IMG/VR virus record: IMGVR_UViG_3300006810_000035
Span: 7,929-71,928 of that record
Origin: a virus
Direction: 5' to 3' (one strand)
Length of the DNA: 64,000 nt
Shown: positions 19,607-29,203 of the stretch, one piece after another
How positions within the stretch are numbered: the stretch's first letter is position 1
Layout: the number at the start of each line of letters is the position of its first letter
The notes under the pieces: generated by a model
What the model was told of the DNA's origin: nothing
What the model saw: only the letters and a program-made list of their open reading frames with translations
Database searches by the model: none
Made by a program: the position numbers and the translations under genes

Positions 19607-22600
19607 ATGGCTAAAGATTTATTGAATCAAGATGGATTAGATCCTAATTCAGATTATACTAGTTTTGCAAGAAAAAGACTAGAAAAGAAAAGAAGACTAT
19701 CTCCTAAATATTCAAATCTTCAATCTACAGAAAAATTAGGATTAGATCACTTATCAGATTACGAAGATTACTTAGATTTATCTAAAACAAATGTTTATAC
19801 ACAGGATGTAAATAAACTAAGAGCTCAAGGACAAGGTGGTTTAGAACAAGCATTTAATGCAGTTGTAGGAGGTATAGGAATGGGTTTAGCTACTGCCGTA
19901 GAAGACTTGTCTTATATAGCAGATTTTGATAACCATGTCAAAGCTATGCAAGGATTAGACACTAACGAGAAGAACTGGTTAGCTGAAACAATGGGTGGAC
20001 TAAAAGAGAATATTCGTGAGGGTATGCCTATATACAGAGAGAATCCTTCTGAAGTTTTTGATTGGTCTGACCCAGCATTCTACTGGGATTCAATGAGAGG
20101 TATTATAGATAGTGCCGTAGGTTTTGGTTTACCTGGAGGAGTAGTTTCAAAAGGAGTAAGTGCAGTAGGTAAAGGGGTACTTGCTATGTCAAAGGCTGTG
20201 AAAAATACTAAGAAAGCTTCAAATTTCATAGAGGGTAGTAAGAATGCAAAAAGATTTGATACCTATATGTCAAGTCTAATTAAGAATCAACCAGTAATGC
20301 AAGGAGCTAATTCTTTAGGTGCAGGTTATGTTCAGAACTATGCTGAAGGAAAGATTATGGCTCTTGAAACATATGATGAAACTGAAAAAGAATTATTAGA
20401 ATTAAGAGAACTAGGAGAGTTAAATTTATCAGATGATGAAATAAAAAAGGTTGCTGGAGATGCAGCTGATAGAATGCTATTATATAATAAAGCTTTCATA
20501 CTTACTGATGCATTTGGACTACATGGTCTAATGAAAGGTGTAGGAACTACTCGTAATATTATTAAACAAAGAGGGTTTAAAAATAGATTTAAAAACTTTA
20601 AAGATAATATAACTGGTTTAAATTCTGATAACCTTATAGTACAAGGTGCTAAAGAATCTGTAGAAGAGATTGGTCAGAGTTCATTACAAAAAGAAAGTTC
20701 ATATAGAGCTAAAAAAGATGCTGGAGTAGATGTATCTGGATATGACGAAGATGTATTAGCTAGACTAGCAGACTTTGCCTCTAGAGATGAGGCATTACTT
20801 GAGGGTATGATGGGATTCTTTGGTGGTGGACCTCAACGTATATTATCAGAAGCTATGTCTGGAAGATATACAAAATCAGGTAGAGAGGCTTATGATAAAT
20901 CATTCAGTGATCAACAAGTTGCTATTGCAGAAAGTGCTTCATTTGTAGAAGGTACTAGTGAAAATTTTATAAAGAAAAAAGAACTCGCAGCTAAATATGA
21001 AGCTAAAGGAGAGACTGAATTAGCTAGAGCTGTAGAATATTCTACATTTGCTGCAGAGGCAATTAAACATTTTGCTAATGGTACTACAGGAGTGTTTGAA
21101 GAAGACTTACAGAGAATTGCTAGTGGAGAGGTTACAGAAGAAGAGAAGGCTGCTTGGGGAGATAACCATCAGAAAAAAGCACAATTATTTTTAGATGAAT
21201 TATCAAATTTAGAAAAGGAATGGATTAGAAATTCTAATAGGGGTAATGTTAGTCAAGTTGTAAGTAACTATGCAATGAAAGAGACTAACTCAAAAATAAT
21301 AAAATCCTTTGAGAATAAAAGAGCTCAAGCATTAGAAAATTTACAAGAGGTTATAAATGATATTACTAAGGCTTATAAACCAACAATTAAAGATGAATCT
21401 GGAAAAGTTACTCCTTTTACATTTGATATTGAAAATTTAAAATCTAACCCATATAAAGGTAAAGGTTTAAAGAGTGCATCTGCTCAATATAATATGATGC
21501 TTAATCGTATTAAAGATAATTCAGATTATAAAGAATATTTAGATTTAGATAATAAATTAAATAATAATTTTTATGATCCAGCAAGTGGTAAGGTTAGACC
21601 TGGATTATATAAAAGAAAAGAAAAATTAAATAATGAGTATAATAAATCTAAAACTCCTGAAGCAGAAAAAGAATTTATAAAAAAACAACAAGAGTTATCT
21701 AAAAATGCAGCTAAAGCAATGGATGATGCTGCAAAAGAAGCAACAGTTCAAGAAGATTTAGTAAGTAAAGGTAATAAGTATACTGATAAAAATGGTTCAG
21801 AATGGATAGTAGATGATATAACAGAGGATGGAAAATATAAAATAAAAAAAGCTGTTAATCCTAAATCTACAACATTATTAACTCAAGAGCAATTTGACAA
21901 TAAGTTTAAAAATGAAAGTGGTCAATACTCAACTAAGGTATCAAAAGAAAAGGCTGAGAAATATAAAACAGAAAAGGCTACTACTAAACAACAAAGGAAA
22001 GATAAAGAACCTTCAACTTCTGCAAAAACAAGTGAAGAAAAAAAGGTTAATAAAACTCCAGGTGATCCAAAAGAAATATTTAACTATGGTGTTACAAATA
22101 AAGAGAAGGATACTGGAGATGATGCTACTGCAAAATTAGTAGATGAGAATAGATTTAAAAGTAGAAATCCACTATCTTTAGCGTGGTTATCATCTAGTAA
22201 TAGAGAGGAAAGTGAAAAAGGAAATACTGGAAATATAGATATTACAGATTATTTAGAACAAAAAAATATAGATGTAGTAGGTAAAAAGGTTACTATAGAA
22301 GTTGGTTTGCCAGATGTTAAAGATACTGAATCTGATTATTATAAAGAACAATTAGATTTATATAATAGTTTTCAAAATAGAAATGAACTATCTGAAGAAG
22401 ATAAAAAAGAATTATTAGAAAAACTTATACATAACGGAACTATTTCTGTAACTTTGTTAGATGAGAATGGTAAGCCTATTGAAAAAGAAGGTACTCCAAT
22501 TAAGTTATTTTTACATACTCCTACATTCATAAAGGGTGATAGTGATTATAAAAATTCAATGACATCTAATAGAAAAGATATATTAGAAAGATTAATGAAA

Positions 22601-24862
22601 GGTGAAGTTGTAACAAGTGAAGTTGTAGATAAATCAAATGGTAGTATACAAAATGGAAATACTTTAAATCCTATTCAAAATATTCTTTTTGATACTGATA
22701 ATAAAGATATAAGTCTTTCTGTTAGACACTCTAATGGTAACTTTGCAGTAGGTATGGATGAAGATGGGAATTTAACATATGACGATGATTTAGGTTTATA
22801 TGAAAGCTCATCATCCCCAAAAGGAGCAATATTTGCTAAGGTTAAAACAGCTAATGGTGAATCGTTTCCATTAAGATTATTTGTAGATAATATAAATAAG
22901 TATGAAGCTGAACTTATATATATGATATATAATAAGATCATAGGTGGAACTAACCCTTCATTACAACTTAGCAATGAAAAATTATCTGATATAGTTGATT
23001 ATTTAAATACAGTAAAAGAAACAGCTACAAATAGAGAGGATAAAGCAGCAGTAAATAGAGTTACTGAAATATTAGGATTATTACCAAATAAAAAAGATTC
23101 TTCATTAGTGGACTTGTTAAACTTTTTAGTATATGAAGGTAAACATGAAGATGGTAATACTAAGAACCCAACTAAATATCCATTATACTCTGAGAACTTT
23201 AAAGTACATTTTGGTAAAATGTCAATGGGTAAAAAACATACTCCAGTAGTTAAAGAACAATTTATTAATTGGTTACTTGAAAATAAGATTAGGAATGTTG
23301 ATTTTAAAAGAATAAATGATATAAAATATAAAAATCATTTATTAAATAACAATATGTTAAAATCAAATGCAATAATTGGAGATGAAGGTCCTGTATTTGC
23401 ACAACCTACTATCACTATTAAACAAACTAATTCTTCAAGTACATCAGGAAAGTTTAATAAAAACACAGGTCAGATGAATCCAGGTAAAGAGTTTTTTGAA
23501 AGTGAGGGAACAACAGTTGAAGAATTTGGTGGAGCTACTGATAAGACTGATTTAGATGTAATTAAAAATGAATTAACTTCAAATCCAAAAGGACTAAGGT
23601 TGGTAGAAACTGAAGATTCTAGATACTATTTAGATAAAGATGGTAATAGATATTTAGGAATGTCTAATATTGTAAATAAATCTGATTTTAAAGATGACGA
23701 AGGTAGATACAGTGGAGCTTCTCCAATTGGAAAAACTATTGATAGAATATTAAGAGATTTCTTTTCTGGTAAAAAAATAACATATACAGATAATATAAAA
23801 GAAAGATTGAGTAAAAAAGCTTTTGATGAGTTGATTACAACAATTACTAATTTCAAAAATACTTTCAAAGATGAAAATGGAAGTTTAGATCATATAGAAT
23901 TTTTAACAGAAGGTCTTTTTATATCTAACTATAATATAAAAGCTGAACAAAAAGATATTGATAATGCTGTGTCTTCAGAGAAAGATAGAAAAAAATCTTA
24001 TGGATTAGCTACAGAATTAGATATGGTAATAATAAATAGGAAAACAGGTGCTGTTGATTTAGTAGATTTTAAAACAGTACGATTGGATCCTAATAATAAA
24101 TATTCAAATACTGTAAGTAAAAAAATAAATAAATCTTGGAATGGTAAACTTTCAGATAAAGAGGGATATTCCAAACAACAAAATGCAAGTAGAGAAATTT
24201 TAAAATTAAATACAGGTATTAAATTTGACTCTATGAGTTTACTTCCTATACAAGTTTGGTATCCAGATTTTGGACAAAAAACATTAATGGCAAAAATAGT
24301 AAATTTAGAAAAATTAGAAACTCTACCAATCTCTAGTATATTCCCTAGTTCTTATTCTAAGCAAATTAAAAAGCTACCAGATAGTAAGTCAAAAAAACAA
24401 CCAGCACAACAAAGTAGTGAGGTTGAGAAAGTTCTTGTAGATAAATCTACATTAAAAGATGGAGATGTTGTTTATGATAAAGTAGGTACTAAGTTTATTT
24501 ATAGAGGAGTAAGACAAGAAGGAAAAACAGGAGCTGGTTCTCCTAGATTGGAGAGAACAGATGGCAGTGGTGAAATTGCTATACCTGGAATAAACATAAA
24601 ATTATATACTCAACCAACACAACAAACTAGTGAAGTTGAAAATGTAAAAATACCTCAATTAAAAATAGGTAAAGAAGATTTGGATAATTATATAGCTGAG
24701 TTAAAAGCTGATATAATGTATCCTGTTTCAAATGAGGATATAGATATTCATTCTCAATTATTACATGATAGCTACGCACAACTAATAGAAATGTATTCTC
24801 CACAAGAAGCATTAGAATTAGCAAAAAATACATTTTTAGAAACTTTAAAAAATTGTTTATAA
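19607..24862 (+). CDS. Large virion cargo protein with membrane-like N-terminus and C-terminal PD-(D/E)XK nuclease-like domain
   Basis: 1751 aa; E..EE..Q and G.MG.FGG helices; near 23600-24280 G..ID..LRDFF...ATELDMVII...VDLVDFKT...Y.KQQ. Confidence 0.65.
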   Translation: MAKDLLNQDGLDPNSDYTSFARKRLEKKRRLSPKYSNLQSTEKLGLDHLSDYEDYLDLSKTNVYTQDVNKLRAQGQGGLEQAFNAVVGGIGMGLATAVEDLSYIADFDNHVKAMQGLDTNEKNWLAETMGGLKENIREGMPIYRENPSEVFDWSDPAFYWDSMRGIIDSAVGFGLPGGVVSKGVSAVGKGVLAMSKAVKNTKKASNFIEGSKNAKRFDTYMSSLIKNQPVMQGANSLGAGYVQNYAEGKIMALETYDETEKELLELRELGELNLSDDEIKKVAGDAADRMLLYNKAFILTDAFGLHGLMKGVGTTRNIIKQRGFKNRFKNFKDNITGLNSDNLIVQGAKESVEEIGQSSLQKESSYRAKKDAGVDVSGYDEDVLARLADFASRDEALLEGMMGFFGGGPQRILSEAMSGRYTKSGREAYDKSFSDQQVAIAESASFVEGTSENFIKKKELAAKYEAKGETELARAVEYSTFAAEAIKHFANGTTGVFEEDLQRIASGEVTEEEKAAWGDNHQKKAQLFLDELSNLEKEWIRNSNRGNVSQVVSNYAMKETNSKIIKSFENKRAQALENLQEVINDITKAYKPTIKDESGKVTPFTFDIENLKSNPYKGKGLKSASAQYNMMLNRIKDNSDYKEYLDLDNKLNNNFYDPASGKVRPGLYKRKEKLNNEYNKSKTPEAEKEFIKKQQELSKNAAKAMDDAAKEATVQEDLVSKGNKYTDKNGSEWIVDDITEDGKYKIKKAVNPKSTTLLTQEQFDNKFKNESGQYSTKVSKEKAEKYKTEKATTKQQRKDKEPSTSAKTSEEKKVNKTPGDPKEIFNYGVTNKEKDTGDDATAKLVDENRFKSRNPLSLAWLSSSNREESEKGNTGNIDITDYLEQKNIDVVGKKVTIEVGLPDVKDTESDYYKEQLDLYNSFQNRNELSEEDKKELLEKLIHNGTISVTLLDENGKPIEKEGTPIKLFLHTPTFIKGDSDYKNSMTSNRKDILERLMKGEVVTSEVVDKSNGSIQNGNTLNPIQNILFDTDNKDISLSVRHSNGNFAVGMDEDGNLTYDDDLGLYESSSSPKGAIFAKVKTANGESFPLRLFVDNINKYEAELIYMIYNKIIGGTNPSLQLSNEKLSDIVDYLNTVKETATNREDKAAVNRVTEILGLLPNKKDSSLVDLLNFLVYEGKHEDGNTKNPTKYPLYSENFKVHFGKMSMGKKHTPVVKEQFINWLLENKIRNVDFKRINDIKYKNHLLNNNMLKSNAIIGDEGPVFAQPTITIKQTNSSSTSGKFNKNTGQMNPGKEFFESEGTTVEEFGGATDKTDLDVIKNELTSNPKGLRLVETEDSRYYLDKDGNRYLGMSNIVNKSDFKDDEGRYSGASPIGKTIDRILRDFFSGKKITYTDNIKERLSKKAFDELITTITNFKNTFKDENGSLDHIEFLTEGLFISNYNIKAEQKDIDNAVSSEKDRKKSYGLATELDMVIINRKTGAVDLVDFKTVRLDPNNKYSNTVSKKINKSWNGKLSDKEGYSKQQNASREILKLNTGIKFDSMSLLPIQVWYPDFGQKTLMAKIVNLEKLETLPISSIFPSSYSKQIKKLPDSKSKKQPAQQSSEVEKVLVDKSTLKDGDVVYDKVGTKFIYRGVRQEGKTGAGSPRLERTDGSGEIAIPGINIKLYTQPTQQTSEVENVKIPQLKIGKEDLDNYIAELKADIMYPVSNEDIDIHSQLLHDSYAQLIEMYSPQEALELAKNTFLETLKNCL
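24398..24639 (+). repeat. 29-bp imperfect direct repeat (24398-24426, 24611-24639) encoding QP(A/T)QQ(S/T)SEVE linkers
   Basis: caaccagcacaacaaagtagtgaggttga vs caaccaacacaacaaactagtgaagttga; 26/29 identical. Confidence 0.85.
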
Positions 24863-27800
24863 ATGAATTGTTTTAATTTATCAAAACCAGCAGAAAAGAA
24901 AGAATATAAAAGACTATTACAATATTCTAATATACCAGCATTTATAAATAAAGTATTTGACTATACTAATGGTGATACAAAAGGTATAAAAAGTAAAGAG
25001 GATTTCAATAAGGTTTTAAAATCCGCTTTAGATACAGTTATAAAATCTCCTGCATTAAAAGATACTACTTCTAAATTACCACTGTCTAGATTTACATTTG
25101 AACAAAGAGAAGAGCTTGTAGATAATATAATATTTTTAACTGCATTTGATGGAGATAGTCAATCCTTAAAACCTTTGAAGAATATAAATCTTTCTTTAGA
25201 GAATGTAAAGGGATCATTATTATCTGCTAAACAATTAGCTAATCCAGTATATCATTCTAATTATGATGAAGCATTAAAACCAGAAAATTTAGAGGTTTTA
25301 ATAGATATGGCAACAGCTAAATTAAACTCTATGGGAGTACAAGTTGATTTAGAAGAAGATCCTGACTCAAAGAATGATGGAATGAAAGAGTTTGAGGATT
25401 CATTTCTAATAGAAAATAAAACAAGAGCAAGAGCTTTTGTAAAATTACTTGTTGGTTCATTACCAAAAAAAGAGTTAGGTACTACATTAGGTATAACAAA
25501 GTTTGTACCATATGATAAAACATTTAATGATCTTGAAGAATTATTAAGTGATTTATATATTGAGCCAGGTAAAGATGCATACGAGGTATTTAAAGATAAG
25601 ATTAATTCTGCTACTGCATATCGTCCAGAGTATATTCAATTATTAAAGTTTCTAGATAAAACTAATGACCAACATAAGATTCAATTTATCAGAGCATTTT
25701 CTACTCTTAGTATTAATTTTTCATCTACTAGTATAGATGTTACTAAAGATAGTATGGGAGTAGAAACTTCTTATATGTCATCAGATAGTGTTACAGCTGA
25801 ATCACAAATACTTTTAATATGGGAAGGAGCATTTAAAGAATATTTCATAAAAGAAGGGAAAGAACCTGAAGCAAATAACATACCAACAATAAAGGCTGCA
25901 GAAGATAGATATAAAAATAAAATAAAAAAAGAGTTAAGAAAAAGAATAAAGAAAGGTGAGACAAAAATTACTCAAGAAGATTTTAATGATACTGTAGGAA
26001 TACTAGGATTTTTAGGAATAGGAATTAAAGAGAATGCTTTAAAATTATATCTATCTGATAATAGTGATGGTAATGATTTAAAATCTTTGAATAACCTTTA
26101 TACTAATGTTATAGATAAAGTATTCTACGGTACTAGTGTTAGTACTAATGCCCTAAGTCATTTAGCTAAGAATGAAGTTAAACATGAAGATGGGTATGTA
26201 AAATCACCAATTACTGATGAATCAGAAATAAAGGCATTAGCTTCTTATCAAGCTAAGTTTGATGAAACAATTATAACAAATGGATTTCCTGGACCAGATG
26301 GTAAAATATATCAAAGTAAATCTCAATATGATTATGCTTCTAAAGTAATAGAAGATATTAAAAATAGTAATAACTATTTAGAAAAAATAGAAGGTTCTGA
26401 TTTCAATACTAATTCAAAGTTTATTGAACAACTAAAAGATCCAAAAGTAAAAAAGAATTTTAAACTAGAACATTTCAATAGTAGAAGAAGTAAAGGTCAA
26501 GATGGTGGAAAAACTATGAAAGACCTATCTCCTGTAGATGAATATGCAGATAGAATAGATAGAGTCTTAACTAAAGGACAATTATCTTATTTAACATTAG
26601 CTGATAAAAATAGATTGTATTTTATAAGTGGATTAACAGTATTCAAGGAAGATGCTGATAATAAAATAAAAGATAAAGATTTAGTAAGTTCTTCTAATGT
26701 ATCTGAAGAAATGGTTGATACAGTATTAGGTTATTTTGCTGATGAATTAATATCATCTAGGAGATATTTTTTGATAAATAAAATAACAACAAAAGGACAA
26801 AAGAAGAGAATATTAACTGGTATAGAAGCTAATATGAAAACTTCAAGTGTATTGCCTGGTTTATCTTTTGGTTCAAAAGAAGGTGATGACAATGGTTTAT
26901 ATCATACTGATGGAACACCATTTAAAATGTCTACTAGTTATATAGAAGAGGTTGGAGATCCAAAAAATCCAGAAATAGTTATAAACCCTGGATTCTTTTC
27001 AAATAGTAATCTTAGAGATTATATTAAAAATGTATTGGAAGAAAGAATATTAGCTAGTTCTCAAAATATGTTAGATACTTTATTCACTTTTGATGAAAAA
27101 GGAATACTAGATGAGACAGCTATATCTACAGATTTATTTAAAACATTTATAAACCCTAAAATAGCAGATAATAAAAAGCCTACTCGTAATGAAGTATTAG
27201 AAGGTATTAATGTTATGGCTACCAACTTTGTATATAAGAGTGTAGTAGGTAATGTAGAATGGTCTAAGATATTTACTGGAGATCCAAGAAAATACAAGAG
27301 CTTAGAAGATTATATGAAGAGAACTCCTGCTACATCTGCAACAGGAGATCATTTATATATTAATGAAAAGATAGGTTCTAAAAAACATTTTAAGTTAGCT
27401 ATTGCTAGTGATGTAGATGAACACAATGCAGAAGAGTTAACTATTACTGCTAACATAGATAATATTGCACAATGGTTAGGTGTAGATAAGAATGATGAAG
27501 AACTAAACAATGTATTATCTGTATATGGTAAAAATAATAGAACGGATGCACAGGGTTGGATGACAATGGATAGGTTTAAAGATATCCTAAAAGGATTGGG
27601 AGAATGGAATCAAGAAATGGACCCAGGATTCAATAGACTTAAAAATGGAACTGAGACAGAAGAAGATATAAAGTTATTCTCAACTAAGATGACTAGTATG
27701 CAACCTAAAAAAGGAATGTACTATAGTTTAGTTGTAGATGAATGGGGGAATGCTAATCCTATATATTTGAAATATTCTACTGCTGTTCTTTTTCCAGGTA

Positions 27801-29203
27801 TGATAAAAACATCTCCTAAGTTAGCTAAGATAGCAAAAGAAATGGAAGCTCAAGGTATTGATGAACTTGTTGTTGAAGATGGTGTTAAAGTTGGTAAAAT
27901 AGCTAGTACTGATATAAATAATGATGAAATAATATTTAACCCTGTAACTTTAGAAAATAAATATTGGAAATTACAACAGGATTTACCATTTAAAGATAAA
28001 GAAACTAATGTTGGTTCTCAATTACAAAAAAATATTATAGGAGATATAGATTTATTTGCTGATTTTGGACCATATGGTACAGGAGAAGATGTATTGAGAG
28101 ATATACATTCTACAATAAGTGAATTATCTAATAGAGGATTTGATAAAGTATTAAATAAACTAGGATTAGAAAAAGAAGAAGTAGAATATGATGAAGAAAC
28201 TGGTAGATGGGAGATTGACTCAAGAGCTAATTTAAATAAACTATATGATTCATTAATTGAAGAATATACTAATGATGGTGAGACAGGGGATGTCATTCAA
28301 ATGCTTAAAGAAAGACAACCTCTTGATTTTATATATACTCATGGTAACACAATAATGAGTAAAGTAACTTCAATTTTTACTAAGAATGCTATACAATTAG
28401 AGCAACCAGGAGGATCAGCAATTCAAATGTCTAACTTTGGATTTGATTTAGGTGATGATAGAGGCGTAGCTAAGACCATTTCTCAATTACCAGATCATAT
28501 TAAAAATGAAATAACATGGTTACAAAAAGAAAATGAATTAACTGCTCCTACCGTTAAGACTAATCCTAAAACAGGAGAGTTAGAATTTTCAAGAGCACAA
28601 GTTGCATTACCATATAGTGCATTAGAAAAATTATTTGGTGAAGAGTGGGAAGAATTAAAAAATCTACCTATAGATGAGCTGAGAGATAGAATTGATCCTA
28701 AAGCATTACAAGGTATAGGTTATAGAATACCTAATCAAAAACTTGCTTCTAATGATCCAATAGAGATTGTAGCTATATTACCACCAACTGCTGGTAACAC
28801 TATTGTTGCATACGCAGCTGTAACAACTAAGACAGGTTCAGATTTTGATATTGATAAGATGTATTATACAATGCGTCCTATCAAAAAGTCTAAAAAAAAT
28901 GGTAAAACTTACATTGAAGCTGTTAAATATTTAGATAAGAATAGCACGGTTGAGGAAAGAGCAGAGTCTTTAGTTAGGAATACTTCGGAATTAGCTAGAG
29001 TTATGTCTATGTTATATGATACAGAAAGTGTTAAAAATATAATTAATGACATGAATGATTGGTATGCATTAAGAGAAACTGCATACTATAAAAAAGGATT
29101 AAAATTACAAGAAGAAGAAGATAAAATAAATAACATATTCTCACAAATAAAAGAGTTAAAAGCTAAATTAAAAAAGCTAGTAAAAAAGAAAAAGAAAGTA
29201 TAA
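24863..29203 (+). CDS. Virion-packaged RNA polymerase, N-terminal/catalytic part (phi14:2 gp66-like)
   Basis: TDAQG, YLKYS and RIPNQ...GSDFDIDKMY (DFDID at 28841-28855), the catalytic signature of crAss-like virion RNAPs. Confidence 0.85.
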   Translation: MNCFNLSKPAEKKEYKRLLQYSNIPAFINKVFDYTNGDTKGIKSKEDFNKVLKSALDTVIKSPALKDTTSKLPLSRFTFEQREELVDNIIFLTAFDGDSQSLKPLKNINLSLENVKGSLLSAKQLANPVYHSNYDEALKPENLEVLIDMATAKLNSMGVQVDLEEDPDSKNDGMKEFEDSFLIENKTRARAFVKLLVGSLPKKELGTTLGITKFVPYDKTFNDLEELLSDLYIEPGKDAYEVFKDKINSATAYRPEYIQLLKFLDKTNDQHKIQFIRAFSTLSINFSSTSIDVTKDSMGVETSYMSSDSVTAESQILLIWEGAFKEYFIKEGKEPEANNIPTIKAAEDRYKNKIKKELRKRIKKGETKITQEDFNDTVGILGFLGIGIKENALKLYLSDNSDGNDLKSLNNLYTNVIDKVFYGTSVSTNALSHLAKNEVKHEDGYVKSPITDESEIKALASYQAKFDETIITNGFPGPDGKIYQSKSQYDYASKVIEDIKNSNNYLEKIEGSDFNTNSKFIEQLKDPKVKKNFKLEHFNSRRSKGQDGGKTMKDLSPVDEYADRIDRVLTKGQLSYLTLADKNRLYFISGLTVFKEDADNKIKDKDLVSSSNVSEEMVDTVLGYFADELISSRRYFLINKITTKGQKKRILTGIEANMKTSSVLPGLSFGSKEGDDNGLYHTDGTPFKMSTSYIEEVGDPKNPEIVINPGFFSNSNLRDYIKNVLEERILASSQNMLDTLFTFDEKGILDETAISTDLFKTFINPKIADNKKPTRNEVLEGINVMATNFVYKSVVGNVEWSKIFTGDPRKYKSLEDYMKRTPATSATGDHLYINEKIGSKKHFKLAIASDVDEHNAEELTITANIDNIAQWLGVDKNDEELNNVLSVYGKNNRTDAQGWMTMDRFKDILKGLGEWNQEMDPGFNRLKNGTETEEDIKLFSTKMTSMQPKKGMYYSLVVDEWGNANPIYLKYSTAVLFPGMIKTSPKLAKIAKEMEAQGIDELVVEDGVKVGKIASTDINNDEIIFNPVTLENKYWKLQQDLPFKDKETNVGSQLQKNIIGDIDLFADFGPYGTGEDVLRDIHSTISELSNRGFDKVLNKLGLEKEEVEYDEETGRWEIDSRANLNKLYDSLIEEYTNDGETGDVIQMLKERQPLDFIYTHGNTIMSKVTSIFTKNAIQLEQPGGSAIQMSNFGFDLGDDRGVAKTISQLPDHIKNEITWLQKENELTAPTVKTNPKTGELEFSRAQVALPYSALEKLFGEEWEELKNLPIDELRDRIDPKALQGIGYRIPNQKLASNDPIEIVAILPPTAGNTIVAYAAVTTKTGSDFDIDKMYYTMRPIKKSKKNGKTYIEAVKYLDKNSTVEERAESLVRNTSELARVMSMLYDTESVKNIINDMNDWYALRETAYYKKGLKLQEEEDKINNIFSQIKELKAKLKKLVKKKKKV

